A DNA stretch of 32,000 bases from Wolbachia endosymbiont of Dirofilaria (Dirofilaria) immitis (GTDB lineage: Bacteria; Pseudomonadota; Alphaproteobacteria; Rickettsiales; Anaplasmataceae). A program made the translations under genes and the position numbers. This document shows, one piece after another, positions 19,445 to 30,253 of the stretch. Position 1 is the first letter of the stretch, and the number at the start of each line of letters is the position of its first letter. Under the pieces are notes generated by a model that was not told the origin of the DNA, ran no database searches, and worked only from the letters and a program-made list of their open reading frames with translations. The DNA is taken from NCBI RefSeq assembly GCF_013365455.1, contig NZ_CP046578.1, positions 888,123 to 920,122 on the forward strand, read 5' to 3'.

Positions 19445-20719
19445 ATGAAAAAGATAATAAACAACGTTTTTGCAAGAGAAATTTTAGATAGCAGAGGTTA
19501 TCCAACCATTGAAGTAGAAATTGAACTCTGTGATGGAGCAATAGGTAGAGCATCTGTACCTTCTGGGGCTTCAATTGGCAAATTAGAAGCCCTAGAGCTG
19601 AGAGATCAAGATAAAAAAAGATATTGTGGCAAGGGAGTATTGAAAGCCGTTCAAGCTGTAAACGGAGTGATAGCAAATAAAATCATTGGCATGGATGCAA
19701 CAAACCAAAGTATAATCGATCAAACTTTAATTAAGCTTGATGAAACGAAAAACAAATCTAAACTTGGAGCAAACACAACCTTAGGAGTGTCTCTTGCAGT
19801 TGTAAAAGCAGCAGCAAATAGCTTTAAAATGCCACTATATAGATATCTAGGAGGTGAACAGGCAAATATTATACCAGGTCCACTTATCAACGTAATTAAT
19901 GGAGGAGCACATGCAGACAATAAACTTGACTTTCAAGAGTTCATGATTTTTCCTATTGGCGCTGAGGCTATTAGTGAAGCGATTAGAATGTCCGCAGAAG
20001 TGTTTCATAATTTACGTAATATTCTTAAGAAAAAAGGTTACAGCACAAATGTAGGAGACGAAGGTGGTTTTGCACCAAACATTGAAAGCACAGAGGAAGT
20101 ACTTGATTTAATCATATATGCTATAGAATCTTCTGGTTATTCAATGTACAATCACTTTGCATTAGGTCTTGATGTTGCTTCATCTACCTTTTATGAAAAT
20201 AAAATTTACAAACTTAGAAATGGAGAGCTCACTTCAGAGGAATTAGCTGAGTACTATTTTAACCTCGTGAAAAAATATCCTATAATCTCTATAGAGGATG
20301 CAATGAGCGAAGATGATTATGAAGGTTGGAAACTGCTCACTACAAAGCTAGGAAATAAAATTCAACTAGTCGGGGATGATCTATTTGCTACAAATTGTCA
20401 GCTAATACGTAAAGGAATAGAGGAAAAAATAGCAAATGCTGTATTGATTAAACCAAATCAGATAGGAACATTAACAGAAACTTTAGCCGCTATTGAAACA
20501 GCAGAATTAAATGGTTATAAAGCTATCATTTCTCATCGCTCAGGTGAGACAGAAGATACAACAATATCTCATATAGCAGTTGCATCAAACTGCGGACAAA
20601 TAAAAACTGGCTCGCTATCGCGTTCTGATAGGCTTGCAAAGTATAACGAACTCATGAGGATAGAAAGTATGTTGGGAGAAAACGCTAAATATTATCATGG
20701 GTTAGCATGGGTTTCATAG
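19445..20719 (+). CDS. eno: Enolase, 424 aa.
   Basis: Contains [56 protein letters not shown] and SHRSGETED. It starts 4 nt after the murC stop. Confidence 0.97.
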   Translation: MKKIINNVFAREILDSRGYPTIEVEIELCDGAIGRASVPSGASIGKLEALELRDQDKKRYCGKGVLKAVQAVNGVIANKIIGMDATNQSIIDQTLIKLDETKNKSKLGANTTLGVSLAVVKAAANSFKMPLYRYLGGEQANIIPGPLINVINGGAHADNKLDFQEFMIFPIGAEAISEAIRMSAEVFHNLRNILKKKGYSTNVGDEGGFAPNIESTEEVLDLIIYAIESSGYSMYNHFALGLDVASSTFYENKIYKLRNGELTSEELAEYYFNLVKKYPIISIEDAMSEDDYEGWKLLTTKLGNKIQLVGDDLFATNCQLIRKGIEEKIANAVLIKPNQIGTLTETLAAIETAELNGYKAIISHRSGETEDTTISHIAVASNCGQIKTGSLSRSDRLAKYNELMRIESMLGENAKYYHGLAWVS

Positions 20720-21729
20720 ATGAAATTAAATTATATTTAAAAGCAGGTAACGGAGGCAATGGTTGCGCAAGCTTTCGTCGAGAAAAATTTATTGAATTTG
20801 GCGGCCCAAATGGCGGTAACGGAGGAAAGGGAGGAGACATAGTTCTTATCAGCGACGCAAATCTCAATACTCTACTTAACTTCCGTCATATAAGACACAT
20901 TAAAGCAAGCGATGGGGAAAGCGGTGCAAGCAGAGGCATGTCTGGCGCAGCGGGAAAGGATATCATACTTAAAGTTCCAGTCGGTACACAAATAATTGAT
21001 GAAGAAAGTAAGGAAATAATAGTAGATTTCAATAAACCTAATATGAAACTTCAAGTAGTACAAGGTGGAAAAGGCGGACTTGGAAATATTAATTTTAAAT
21101 CCTCTATTAATAAGGCACCAAGGCGTTTTACCTACGGTAAACTTGGTGAGAAAAGAAACATAATACTAAAACTAAAAGTTTTATCAGATGTTGGTATTAT
21201 CGGCATGCCAAATGCAGGTAAATCAAAATTTTTGACTCGTTGTTCAAATGCAAATACAAGAGTAGGAAATTATCCTTTCACCACCATTAAGCCACATCTA
21301 GGTATAGTAAAGGTAGATAACAATAAAATTGTAGTAGCAGATATTCCTGGAATAATTGTTAATGCTCATCTTGGAGCTGGACTCGGTCACAAGTTTCTAA
21401 AGCATATAGAAAGGTGTAAAATTTTACTGCATTTAATCGATATAACTCACGATGATGTCATTTTGGCTTATAATTGTACACGCAATGAGTTAAAGCTTTA
21501 CAGTAGTGACCTTATCAAGAAAGAGGAGATTGTAGTATTAAACAAACGTGACTTATTGCAAGAAGCAGAAATCCTTAAAAAGAGGAGTCACTTAGCCAAC
21601 TATCTTAATAAAAAAATACTATGCTTATCAATTAATGATGATTTACAGCCTATTCTAAGATTATTGAATGAGAAATTAAAAAAGAGCAACTCTAAAGAAA
21701 TTAATGTATATGACCCTTTTAAAACATAA
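20707..21729 (+). CDS. obg: GTPase Obg/CgtA, 340 aa.
   Basis: Contains the Obg fold glycine-rich repeats ([29 protein letters not shown]) and the GTPase motifs [12 protein letters not shown] and NKRD. It overlaps the eno 3' end by 13 nt. Confidence 0.93.
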   Translation: MGFIDEIKLYLKAGNGGNGCASFRREKFIEFGGPNGGNGGKGGDIVLISDANLNTLLNFRHIRHIKASDGESGASRGMSGAAGKDIILKVPVGTQIIDEESKEIIVDFNKPNMKLQVVQGGKGGLGNINFKSSINKAPRRFTYGKLGEKRNIILKLKVLSDVGIIGMPNAGKSKFLTRCSNANTRVGNYPFTTIKPHLGIVKVDNNKIVVADIPGIIVNAHLGAGLGHKFLKHIERCKILLHLIDITHDDVILAYNCTRNELKLYSSDLIKKEEIVVLNKRDLLQEAEILKKRSHLANYLNKKILCLSINDDLQPILRLLNEKLKKSNSKEINVYDPFKT

Positions 21730-22092
21730 ATTTACACGTTTGATAGCTATATAAACATGTAATAATTAATGCTTTTAACAGCTTGAGTAGTACTTTATCA
21801 AAGACATAGAATTTTAGGAATAAGGTTCATTGCACAAAAAAGATTCAGAAGAAAATTAACGTGTATGCTAAAGAAATCAAACAAATATATATACTCGTAC
21901 ACTTTGAAAAAGATATGCATCACTTTAACTAAAATTTAGATAAAAAGTCTGCAGATAGAGATAAATCTTAAGCTCTCTAAATACTTTTACTATAACCAAT
22001 AAAATAACACTAAAACAGATAGCTAAAGCAATCTCTTCTACTAGGAAATCTTAACCTTGTTTCAATTATTAATCAGTTTAAAATTAAATATC

Positions 22093-22121
22093 TTGACATT
22101 CGCTCAATGCTACTATACAAT
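22093..22121 (+). promoter_or_regulatory. Sigma-70-type promoter for ssrA: TTGACA-17 nt-TACAAT.
   Basis: The -35 TTGACA is at 22093-22098 and the -10 TACAAT at 22116-22121, with an exact 17-nt spacer. It lies immediately upstream of the tmRNA acceptor piece. Confidence 0.6.
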
Positions 22122-22127
22122 AAATGT

Positions 22128-22425
22128 GTGTGTTTTGCGCACTATGGCAATAAAATTACCCTGTAATAGGTGTATTGGACCCGAGGGCAGTACTCGGCGC
22201 CTCCACCATACTTTTACTACATGGGGGCGAACAAGGATTGACATGCATAGTAAAGATGGTAGCTTTGCTCGGTTAGATACCACCGTTAAGAGTTTATAAT
22301 TTAGATGCAAATAATAATTTTGCTGCTGACAGTAATGTCATGGCATTAGCTGCTTAATCTAAGCACTAAATCTCATTACTACAAGCACGGTTCAGGGAAC
22401 GCCGGGTAACAGAAGGTTCCCACGA
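22128..22425 (+). ncRNA. ssrA: Two-piece (circularly permuted) tmRNA gene. The acceptor piece runs from about 22128 to 22208 and the coding piece from 22223 to about 22425. The tag reading frame is 22307-22357.
   Basis: The acceptor piece ends in the T-arm CCGAG-GGCAGTA-CTCGG, then CGCCTCC-A-CCA (22208). After a 14-nt intervening segment, the coding piece starts GGGGGCG (22223). This pairs with CGCCTCC to give a 7-bp acceptor stem that includes the G3:U70 alanine identity pair. The tag ORF GCA AAT AAT AAT TTT GCT GCT GAC AGT AAT GTC ATG GCA TTA GCT GCT TAA encodes ANNNFAADSNVMALAA. The outer ends are approximate. Confidence 0.85.
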
Positions 22426-23642
22426 TAATTTGTATGTATAAAAGTTATACAGATAAAACGGATTACAAGAAAATCACTCAATTTCACAAAGTTTCAAGTT
22501 ATCAAAAAGGCTTTAGGTACTATATTACATTATAAGTAATGATTTTATTCTTCATTTAGAAATGCTATTTTTTATGCATCTCAACAGAGTAATCGTTGCT
22601 ATATTATCTGAAAAAGTCATATCCTAATCAAGGGCTCATTAATGTTACAGCACCAGTTTCATTGTTTGATGTTTTTGAAAGGATAAACTTAGCACCAAGT
22701 TAGGTTTTTACGAAAAATAAGAGCAAATCCTATATCACTTTTCGTTATCAACAAATTCCATGATAAAGCTTCAAGAGATATTTTTTTATATTTAACAAAA
22801 TAAGTATCAATTCTGAAAAAGAATACAGTAGTGAAAAATATACTAAAAAATCATTAAATAGTAACATTATACGCATAAACCAGGCCAGCACTTGAAGTTG
22901 CTCAGTACCTATAGGCTATTAAGGTTCCTTTGCTTAGTGACTATTCTTAATTATTTCTGAAACAATCGTACATAAATCTTATCTAGGTGTAGAAAATAGA
23001 GTTTTATTAGCAGTTTCCTAACTATTTTCGACTTTAATATGCTATTGCATAAGCAGCGTTACCGCTAATTAATTAGCAGGTCATAATTTTTTCAATAAAC
23101 TTTGATTTCGATGTTACTAGTTAAGAGAATAAAGTAACTTCAGTAATGAATAGATCTTACCGATCAGTAGGTTAATAGAAAATAAATGGTACTGATATAG
23201 CTTTCCTAGCAAATTTATACTACCTTCATTTCAACTTGGCTCTATTGTAAGCTGCAAAGCAGAATGTTTACGCATTTTTCCCTCTTCTCAAAATGTTAGA
23301 ACCTATATACGCCTCTTTTTATTGCAGAAAAATTAAATTTGTCAAAAAATCAAAACTGTGATAGAACTAGTATCACCAAGAAAGATATTATTCAAATAGT
23401 TGATGCACAGCATACAGGTATTATAATTTTATGGTAGCTTTTACTATTAAGATATTATTTCAGTACCTGATACCAAAATCTAGTTTCTCATTCAATTTCA
23501 TTGAAAACGTTTGTTTTAATATAAAACAACTAACTTCTATGCTTATCAAGCTAGTGCACTTGCTTTCATCTAAATTTCTAGATTTCAGTGCTGTAACACT
23601 ATTAATGACAATAACAAACCCTAAAGAACAAAAAAATTAACT

Positions 23643-24260
23643 ATGGTAGAGTGGCTAATATCTAACCAGCTTATTGATTATAAATATGCTGTAAAATTCA
23701 TGGAAGCAAAAGTTCAAGAAATTTATAATAATTTATCAGACGAGTTAGTATGGCTACTTCAACATCCTTCACTATACACAGCAGGAATTAGTGCAACAGA
23801 TGATGAAATCGTTGAAGAATTATTTCCTATACATAAAACAAGCAGGGGTGGTAAGTATACATATCATGGACCAGGACAGCGCATTATATATTTAATGCTA
23901 AATCTTAAAAAAAGAAATAAATGCGATATAAAATTATATATAAGAGATATAAGTAATTGGATCATAAATGTTTTAATGTACTTTAATATATTTGGAAAAT
24001 TCAAAGAAGACAGAATAGGAGTTTGGGTAACTAATACCGGAGTAGAAGAAAAAATAGCAGCTTTTGGCATTCGTTTAAGAAAATGGGTAACCTATCATGG
24101 AATAGCACTCAACGTCTCTCTAGATCTTTCTCACTATAAGGGAATCATTCCTTGTGGATTAAAAGATTATGGTGTCACATCGATGAAAGAACTAGGAGTT
24201 GAAGCTCCACTGTCTGAACTAGACGATATATTAAAAAAAGAATTTTATAAAATATTTTAA
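23643..24260 (+). CDS. lipB: Octanoyltransferase LipB, 205 aa.
   Basis: Contains LLQHPSLYTAG, RGGKYTYHGPGQRIIY, KIAAFGIRLRKWVTYHGIALNV and PCGL. Confidence 0.92.
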   Translation: MVEWLISNQLIDYKYAVKFMEAKVQEIYNNLSDELVWLLQHPSLYTAGISATDDEIVEELFPIHKTSRGGKYTYHGPGQRIIYLMLNLKKRNKCDIKLYIRDISNWIINVLMYFNIFGKFKEDRIGVWVTNTGVEEKIAAFGIRLRKWVTYHGIALNVSLDLSHYKGIIPCGLKDYGVTSMKELGVEAPLSELDDILKKEFYKIF

Positions 24261-25198
24261 CGCACTCCATCATTATCTACTTTACATTTCACTCATACGT
24301 ATCACCCTCCTATACAATCACAATTAATACCATTGCTACCTTTTACAAAAGAAAAGCAGTAAAGCATTATAAAGAATGCCTTGAGTCTTAATTTCCATAT
24401 TTCAGGAAAATACGCAGCAATAATAATCCTTCTTATTCTAACTCTGATAAATTTAGAGCAAATGGATTTCGCTAACTAATGTGGTAGCCAAAATGATTTA
24501 ACTTATTATAAAAAGAATAACAGGATCCACTCAGCTAATTTTTTATTTAAAAAGATTACCTAACAATAAAAAAGAAAGAATTGTTAAAAACAAAAAAAGT
24601 TCTAAGTAAGATAACTCTATCTCGCACGTTTATCCATAAAGCTAAATATAATCAGCAAATTCTCTAGGGCACTACACGTTAGAAACAATAGTAATATTTC
24701 TCTACTCCAAAAAATCAACTAAAAAATCGATAGAGTTAAATCTTGAATAAACTGGACTCACAAGATATTATTATAATTTTAAATAGTTAACAACAGCATC
24801 AAATTAAAAAGTGGTAGATTGGAAACCTAAAATCTTTGATGATAATATAACTGTTAAAAAGAAGATATACGAAAAGCTTACCCTATATGAAACGGAGTAT
24901 TTAGGTACTAAAAACAAGCTTACACTTCTGATTAAATACAATCAATAATTTTTAGTAATCTCACCAACTTCAACAACACCAATCTTATTAAAGATTACAA
25001 AAAGAAAGATCCACAAAAAATATCTAATTTCTATATATCTACAATAAAAGGAAGCAGATCATGTTCATACAAATGAATCTTTACTCTTTAATAATTACAC
25101 TATCATTAGCATCCAAATGAGAAAAAAGATTTATTTTTCATGATATATAGAACATAAACCTTATAGGTTAATTCACAACTAAACATCTACAAATCAGC

Positions 25199-25996
25199 TT
25201 AACAAAAATACTTCAATGCGTTTTCAAATATGAGCATCCCATCACCATACTTTGGCACAGTAGACTTTAGACGCTTGCACTTTTCTTTTTCAAGTGGCCA
25301 GTTATCCTGCTGAGTAAAAAATATACCTCTTTCTGGATGAGGCATTAAAGCTAACACCTTACCATTTTTATCTGATAAAGCTGCTAAGTCATATATAGAC
25401 CCACTTGGATTATAAGGAAACCGTAAATTAGCATAGCTACCATTCTCATCAATATAACGTAGTGCAATGGAGTTGCTTTCAATCAACTGATCTAAAACAT
25501 CTCTGCTCATAAAAAACTTACCTTCTCCATGAGCAATAGGAAGATATAACTCATCTAGGCCATATAGCCAAATAGAATTGCTATGTGGATTAACTTTAAC
25601 TCTAATCCAACGACACTGATAATTACCTACATCATTACGTATCAAAGCTAAGTTAGAAAATTCTGGAATCAACTTTACTAATATTTGACAACCGTTACAT
25701 ATTCCCATAACAAGCTTATCCTGAGATAAAAAATCTTGAAATTCATTTAATAAGTTGTTCTTAATGCGTAGAGCAAAAGCATTACCAGCACCAATGTTGT
25801 CACCATAAGAAAAGCCACCTGGAATTACAAGTATATCACTCGATTTCAATTCATATGGACTACATATAACCTCATTAATATGAACAATTTTTACTTCTAC
25901 ATTATTGATACCAAGCTTTCTACTACACTCTATAAACGCGAATGCAGTTTCTTTTTCACAATTCAAACCATACCCAAATAAAATAATAATTTTCAT
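25199..25996 (-). CDS. purQ: Phosphoribosylformylglycinamidine synthase, glutamine amidotransferase subunit (PurQ), 265 aa.
   Basis: Contains PGGFSYGD, GICNGCQIL (nucleophile Cys), HGEGKF, NPSGS and MPHPER. The start ATG overlaps the pstA stop (ATGA). Confidence 0.9.
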   Translation of the reverse strand: MKIIILFGYGLNCEKETAFAFIECSRKLGINNVEVKIVHINEVICSPYELKSSDILVIPGGFSYGDNIGAGNAFALRIKNNLLNEFQDFLSQDKLVMGICNGCQILVKLIPEFSNLALIRNDVGNYQCRWIRVKVNPHSNSIWLYGLDELYLPIAHGEGKFFMSRDVLDQLIESNSIALRYIDENGSYANLRFPYNPSGSIYDLAALSDKNGKVLALMPHPERGIFFTQQDNWPLEKEKCKRLKSTVPKYGDGMLIFENALKYFC

Positions 25997-27249
25997 GAAT
26001 CAAAAGTTAAAAACTCAAATTTCCTTTTCACAAAATTTGCTACTAAATTCAGAGCAAATAACATTATCAATAAAGCTATGATTGCAATAGCAGCAAGTTC
26101 AATGAATGCGATTTCAGGACTACTCGACCATATATATATTTGTACAGGCAAAACAGTTGCTGGGTCAGAAAAGAATACAGGTGTATCAGCGATAAATGCT
26201 ACCGTACCTACCATAAGCAAAGGAGAAGACTCGCCTAAAACTCTTGCAACTGCAAGCATAGTACCATGTATTATCTTTGGTAAAGCAATCGGCAAAGAGT
26301 GATCTAATATTACCTTAATATGAGGAGCACCAAGAGCAAAAGCTGCATCCTTTATCGTAATAGGAACATTTGCAAAGGCATTTTTTGTTGCGATTATAAT
26401 GTTAGGCAACATCATAAATGAAAGAGTCATTCCACTAACAAGTGGAGAAGAACGAGGCAGTTCAAACATACCAAGATAGAGAGTTAAGCCCACTACACCA
26501 AATATTATTGAAGGCACTGCAGTCAGATTATTTATACTAACTTCTATAATATTAGTTATCATACTATTCTTTGACATAAACTCATGAAGATAGATGCCTG
26601 ACATGACCCCTACTGGCAACGCTAAAGCTAAGCATACCGTAATCATCATCAAAGAGCCAACAAACGCTCCTAAAATCCCTGCGCTTTCAGGTTCACGAGA
26701 ATCAGATTTGAGAAATAAAGACTTATTAAAGAATTTTTTTACCCTTTTTCCCTCTTTTAGCCAGTTAAGCAACTTAGCATAACGATCATTAAAATACTTA
26801 TTCTTATTTATTGAATTAATTATACTTGATGCGGTAAACCAGATTTCATACCCACCACCGTACTTCACTTTCCTATAAAAAAAGTTCTCTAATTCCTTAT
26901 AAGAATTACGACTCAAAATTTCGTCACTATCTTTAAAATCAGTTCCTTTAAATACTTTACGCAGGGAATCATTGAGCAATTCAATGGACTTATATCTCAA
27001 ATCACTAGGGCTACCTGTTAAAAAAAAATCAGAGCTTATTTCTATAGGCAACAAAATTTTTGTTACCGTTAAGGCGCTATAAGAGTTAATTAATATACTC
27101 AACAATATACATATAGGACAACCAAGTGAAATAACTAATGTTATAAAAGAACAAAAATACAATGTCCTATTTCTCTTATTTTTTCTTTTTATACGAGCGT
27201 GTACGCGCCTGGACTGAAGCAGCTTAAGAAATTTTGTCTTTATGCTCAT
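25993..27249 (-). CDS. pstA: Phosphate ABC transporter permease PstA, 418 aa.
   Basis: It has an N-terminal TM segment, a long periplasmic loop, then the MetI-type permease core. The EAA-like region reads IKDAAFALGAPHIKVILDHSLPIALPKIIHGTMLAVARVLGESSPLL, with the PstA-type ...PLL ending. Confidence 0.85.
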   Translation of the reverse strand: MSIKTKFLKLLQSRRVHARIKRKNKRNRTLYFCSFITLVISLGCPICILLSILINSYSALTVTKILLPIEISSDFFLTGSPSDLRYKSIELLNDSLRKVFKGTDFKDSDEILSRNSYKELENFFYRKVKYGGGYEIWFTASSIINSINKNKYFNDRYAKLLNWLKEGKRVKKFFNKSLFLKSDSREPESAGILGAFVGSLMMITVCLALALPVGVMSGIYLHEFMSKNSMITNIIEVSINNLTAVPSIIFGVVGLTLYLGMFELPRSSPLVSGMTLSFMMLPNIIIATKNAFANVPITIKDAAFALGAPHIKVILDHSLPIALPKIIHGTMLAVARVLGESSPLLMVGTVAFIADTPVFFSDPATVLPVQIYIWSSSPEIAFIELAAIAIIALLIMLFALNLVANFVKRKFEFLTFDS

Positions 27250-27359
27250 TTTACAATTAGTCTAAACAAGACCTTTCATTATATTTAACATCAACACTTT
27301 CTTTATTATCTTAGTGCCCGCATCATTATACAGTGTTAACACTGAAACTTCTATTACAT

Positions 27360-27737
27360 TCACTTAGACCCATCGCTTTTGTAAGTAGTACGCTCTTTTA
27401 TTCTCGCAGCCTTTCCAAATAGTTTACATAAGTAATACAGCTTTGCCCTACGAACTTTCCCTTTCCTTGTTACTTGTACTGAAATCAGTGCAGGAGAATA
27501 AACAAAAAATTGAGATACTATGCTCTCTCCATAACTCACTTTCCTAACTGCAAAAGAAGAATGTAATCCACGGTTTCTCTTCGATACACATACACCTTCA
27601 AATACTTGAATACGCTCACTTGCACCATCAACCATTCTAAAAGTAACCTTTAAATCATCACCAGGACGAAACTCTGGCACTTCTTTGATTAATACTTCCA
27701 TTTGCTTTTTATTGAATTTTTCAAGTAAATTTACCAT
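27360..27737 (-). CDS. rplS: 50S ribosomal protein L19, 125 aa.
   Basis: Contains [42 protein letters not shown].. and RRAKLYYL. Confidence 0.95.
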   Translation of the reverse strand: MVNLLEKFNKKQMEVLIKEVPEFRPGDDLKVTFRMVDGASERIQVFEGVCVSKRNRGLHSSFAVRKVSYGESIVSQFFVYSPALISVQVTRKGKVRRAKLYYLCKLFGKAARIKERTTYKSDGSK

Positions 27738-28428
27738 TTATCTCTCCATCTAATAGTTCAGGTCTACGTCTTTTTGTTATAACCTGAGACTGTTTCTGCC
27801 TCCAATCATTTATTCTTTCATGATTACCAGACAACAGAACTCCAGGCACCTTACGGTTTTTCCATTGCCTAGGTCTAGTATATTGAGGGTACTCAAGTAT
27901 ACCACCAGTATAACTAAAACTTTCCTCAGTAAGACTATCAGAATTGCTTACTACACCAGGAAGAAGCCTGACACATGCATCAAGGACCACCATTGCAGCC
28001 GGCTCACCCCCTGAAAGAATATAATCTCCAATACTTAACTCATAAGGAGTATACTCATCTATTACTCTTTGGTCAATACCCTCAAATCGACCGCACAATA
28101 TCGTTATGTGAGGAAACCTTATCAATTCTCTTGCAATACTCTGATTAAACTTCGTACCAGATGGAGTCATATAAATAAATCTAGTATTCCTATGAGAAAA
28201 AAGGACACTATCGACTGCACTACCAATCACATCGGAACGCATAATCATCCCTGCCCCGCCTCCGTATGGAACATCATCTACCATTAAATGTTTACCTTTA
28301 GCAAAAAAACGTATATTTACCACTTCAAGGTTCCATATATTTTTTTTCAATGCTTTTCCAGCAAGAGAATAATTTAGGGATCCAGGGAACATTTCTGGAA
28401 ATATGGTTAATATTGTAACATTAAGCAT
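27721..28428 (-). CDS. trmD: tRNA (guanine37-N1)-methyltransferase TrmD, 235 aa.
   Basis: Contains [42 protein letters not shown] and LEYPQYTRP. It overlaps rplS by 17 nt, in the conserved trmD-rplS order. Confidence 0.95.
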   Translation of the reverse strand: MLNVTILTIFPEMFPGSLNYSLAGKALKKNIWNLEVVNIRFFAKGKHLMVDDVPYGGGAGMIMRSDVIGSAVDSVLFSHRNTRFIYMTPSGTKFNQSIARELIRFPHITILCGRFEGIDQRVIDEYTPYELSIGDYILSGGEPAAMVVLDACVRLLPGVVSNSDSLTEESFSYTGGILEYPQYTRPRQWKNRKVPGVLLSGNHERINDWRQKQSQVITKRRRPELLDGEINGKFT

Positions 28429-28496
28429 TTTTATAAATTTGTAGTAAATTTAAGCAGAAACTAATATAATGTCTATAATATACAGTTAAACAATAT

Positions 28497-29219
28497 ATGA
28501 TACCAGGTAAAATAATATACGAAGGTAAAGCCAAGTGTATTATTGAAGCTGAAGACTCATTAACCGTTGTACAGCACTTTAAGGATGATGTTACAGCATT
28601 TAACAAAGAAAAACATAAAGTCATTAAAGGCAAAGGAATAATCAATAATTTTATCAGTGCTTTCATTATGAAAAAACTTGAAAAAGTGGGAATTGATACA
28701 CACTTTATAAAAACTCTAAACGAAAGAGAGCAGCTAGTTAAAAAACTAAAAATTGTACCTCTCGAGATAGTAGTGAGAAATATCACAGCAGGTAGTTTTT
28801 GTAAGCGTTTTAACATAAGGGAAGGCAAGAGGCTTACGTCTCCTATAATCGAGTTTTTTTATAAGGATGACAATCTAGATGATCCAATGGTAAATGAAAA
28901 CCATATAACATATTTTGGCTGGTTATCTAGTAAAGAAATAGAAGAAATTAAGATTATAACCTTAAAGATCAACACACTTCTAATAGACTTATTTTCAAAT
29001 GCAGGAATAGACTTAGTTGATATTAAACTTGAATTTGGTAGATTAGTGAGTGACAATACAAAAATCGTTTTAGCTGATGAGATCAGCCCCGATAATTCTA
29101 GGTTATGGGATAAAAACACACATAAAAAATTAGATAAAGATGTTTTTCGTTTAAGCTTAGGAGACTTAAAAGAAACATATTTAGAAGTTGCAAAAAGATT
29201 ATCATTAAAGTTAGATTAA
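28497..29219 (+). CDS. purC: Phosphoribosylaminoimidazole-succinocarboxamide (SAICAR) synthase, 240 aa.
   Basis: Contains YEGKAK, KGKG..NN, PLE.VVRN..AGS and LADEISPD..RLWD. Confidence 0.94.
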   Translation: MIPGKIIYEGKAKCIIEAEDSLTVVQHFKDDVTAFNKEKHKVIKGKGIINNFISAFIMKKLEKVGIDTHFIKTLNEREQLVKKLKIVPLEIVVRNITAGSFCKRFNIREGKRLTSPIIEFFYKDDNLDDPMVNENHITYFGWLSSKEIEEIKIITLKINTLLIDLFSNAGIDLVDIKLEFGRLVSDNTKIVLADEISPDNSRLWDKNTHKKLDKDVFRLSLGDLKETYLEVAKRLSLKLD

Positions 29220-30253
29220 TTAAATACCACCATATCAAGTGAAGGGTTATATACTTTACTAAGTTTTCCAATAATTTTAATCTTTTCCTCACGTTTTTGA
29301 AAATAATCTTTTACATTTTGCATATTTTCGGGATCTATAATCAATATCATACCAATACCACAATTAAATGTCCTTAACATCTCTTTTTTTTCTATTTTGC
29401 CTTCTTCTGTCAACCACAAAAATATATCTGGCCATTTCCAAGAATTAATATCTATATCTGCAAACAAATTTTTTGGAAGAATCCGTGGGATATTATCTAC
29501 CAAACTACCACCTGTAATGTGTGCAATACCTTTTATTTGTGACATAATAGGCAATAAAGAATCAACATATATCTTTGTTGGCTTAAGTAACACTTCTTTC
29601 CAAAGACAACTATTCCATGGAGACAAATCATTATAGCTTATACCTAAACTTTTAAAAACACAACGTATCAAAGAAAATCCATTTGAGTGAATTCCACTTG
29701 ACTCTAAGCCGACTATATAATCACCAGCTTTCATTGTATCATAGCTCGGAAGAATTTTACTTTTATCAATTACTCCAACTACAAACCCTGCAAGGTCGTA
29801 ATGACCATTATCATACATTCCAGGCATTTCTGCAGTTTCTCCACCAACTAATGCTATCTTAGCTTGCTTACATCCCTCTACAATACCACGAACTACGGGA
29901 AGCAAAACATCTCTATTCAAAATACCAGTTGTAAAATAATCAAGAAAAAATAAAGGTGTTGCTCCTTGTGTAAGCAGATCATTTACACACATTGCAACTA
30001 AATCTATACCTATAGTATCATGTTTATTCACTTCTTGAGCTATTAACAGCTTTGTACCTACTCCGTCAGTTGAAGAAACTAATACAGGATGGGTATATTT
30101 TTTGGTTAATTCAGTAAAATCAAACAGTGCGGAAAATGAACCTACTTCGCTAATTACTTCTTTTTTTTTAGTTTCCTCAACAATAAGTTTGATTTCTTTC
30201 ATTAACTTATTATACAATTTAAGATCTACTCCTGATTTAGAATAGGTACTCAT
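29216..30253 (-). CDS. purM: Phosphoribosylformylglycinamidine cyclo-ligase (AIR synthase), 345 aa.
   Basis: Contains YSKSGVD, STDGVGTKL, IGIDLVAMCVNDL, FLDYF, GGETAEMPG, SSGIHSNGFSL, AHITGGS and FNCGIGM. Confidence 0.95.
   Translation of the reverse strand: MSTYSKSGVDLKLYNKLMKEIKLIVEETKKKEVISEVGSFSALFDFTELTKKYTHPVLVSSTDGVGTKLLIAQEVNKHDTIGIDLVAMCVNDLLTQGATPLFFLDYFTTGILNRDVLLPVVRGIVEGCKQAKIALVGGETAEMPGMYDNGHYDLAGFVVGVIDKSKILPSYDTMKAGDYIVGLESSGIHSNGFSLIRCVFKSLGISYNDLSPWNSCLWKEVLLKPTKIYVDSLLPIMSQIKGIAHITGGSLVDNIPRILPKNLFADIDINSWKWPDIFLWLTEEGKIEKKEMLRTFNCGIGMILIIDPENMQNVKDYFQKREEKIKIIGKLSKVYNPSLDMVVFN

Noticed and set aside
22057-22310. ORFs 22057..22299 (+) and 22113..22310 (-).
   Set aside because: They overlap the tmRNA gene. 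The locally higher G+C of the structured RNA removes stop codons by chance.
23064-23077. Short perfect palindromes and hairpins: GCTAATTAATTAGC (23064-23077), CAGTGTTAACACTG (27331-27344, just downstream of rplS) and ATTTCAGAC-AAA-GTCTGAAAT (16321-16341).
   Set aside because: Palindromes with 7-9 bp half-sites are expected a few times by chance in a window this size. None is followed by a U-run or sits at an obviously meaningful position.
22426-23642. The spacer downstream of ssrA as a degraded genomic island, given that tmRNA genes are common integration sites.
   Set aside because: There is no integrase remnant and no direct repeat of the ssrA 3' end. In a permuted ssrA the tRNA-like CCA end is internal rather than at the gene's 3' boundary.
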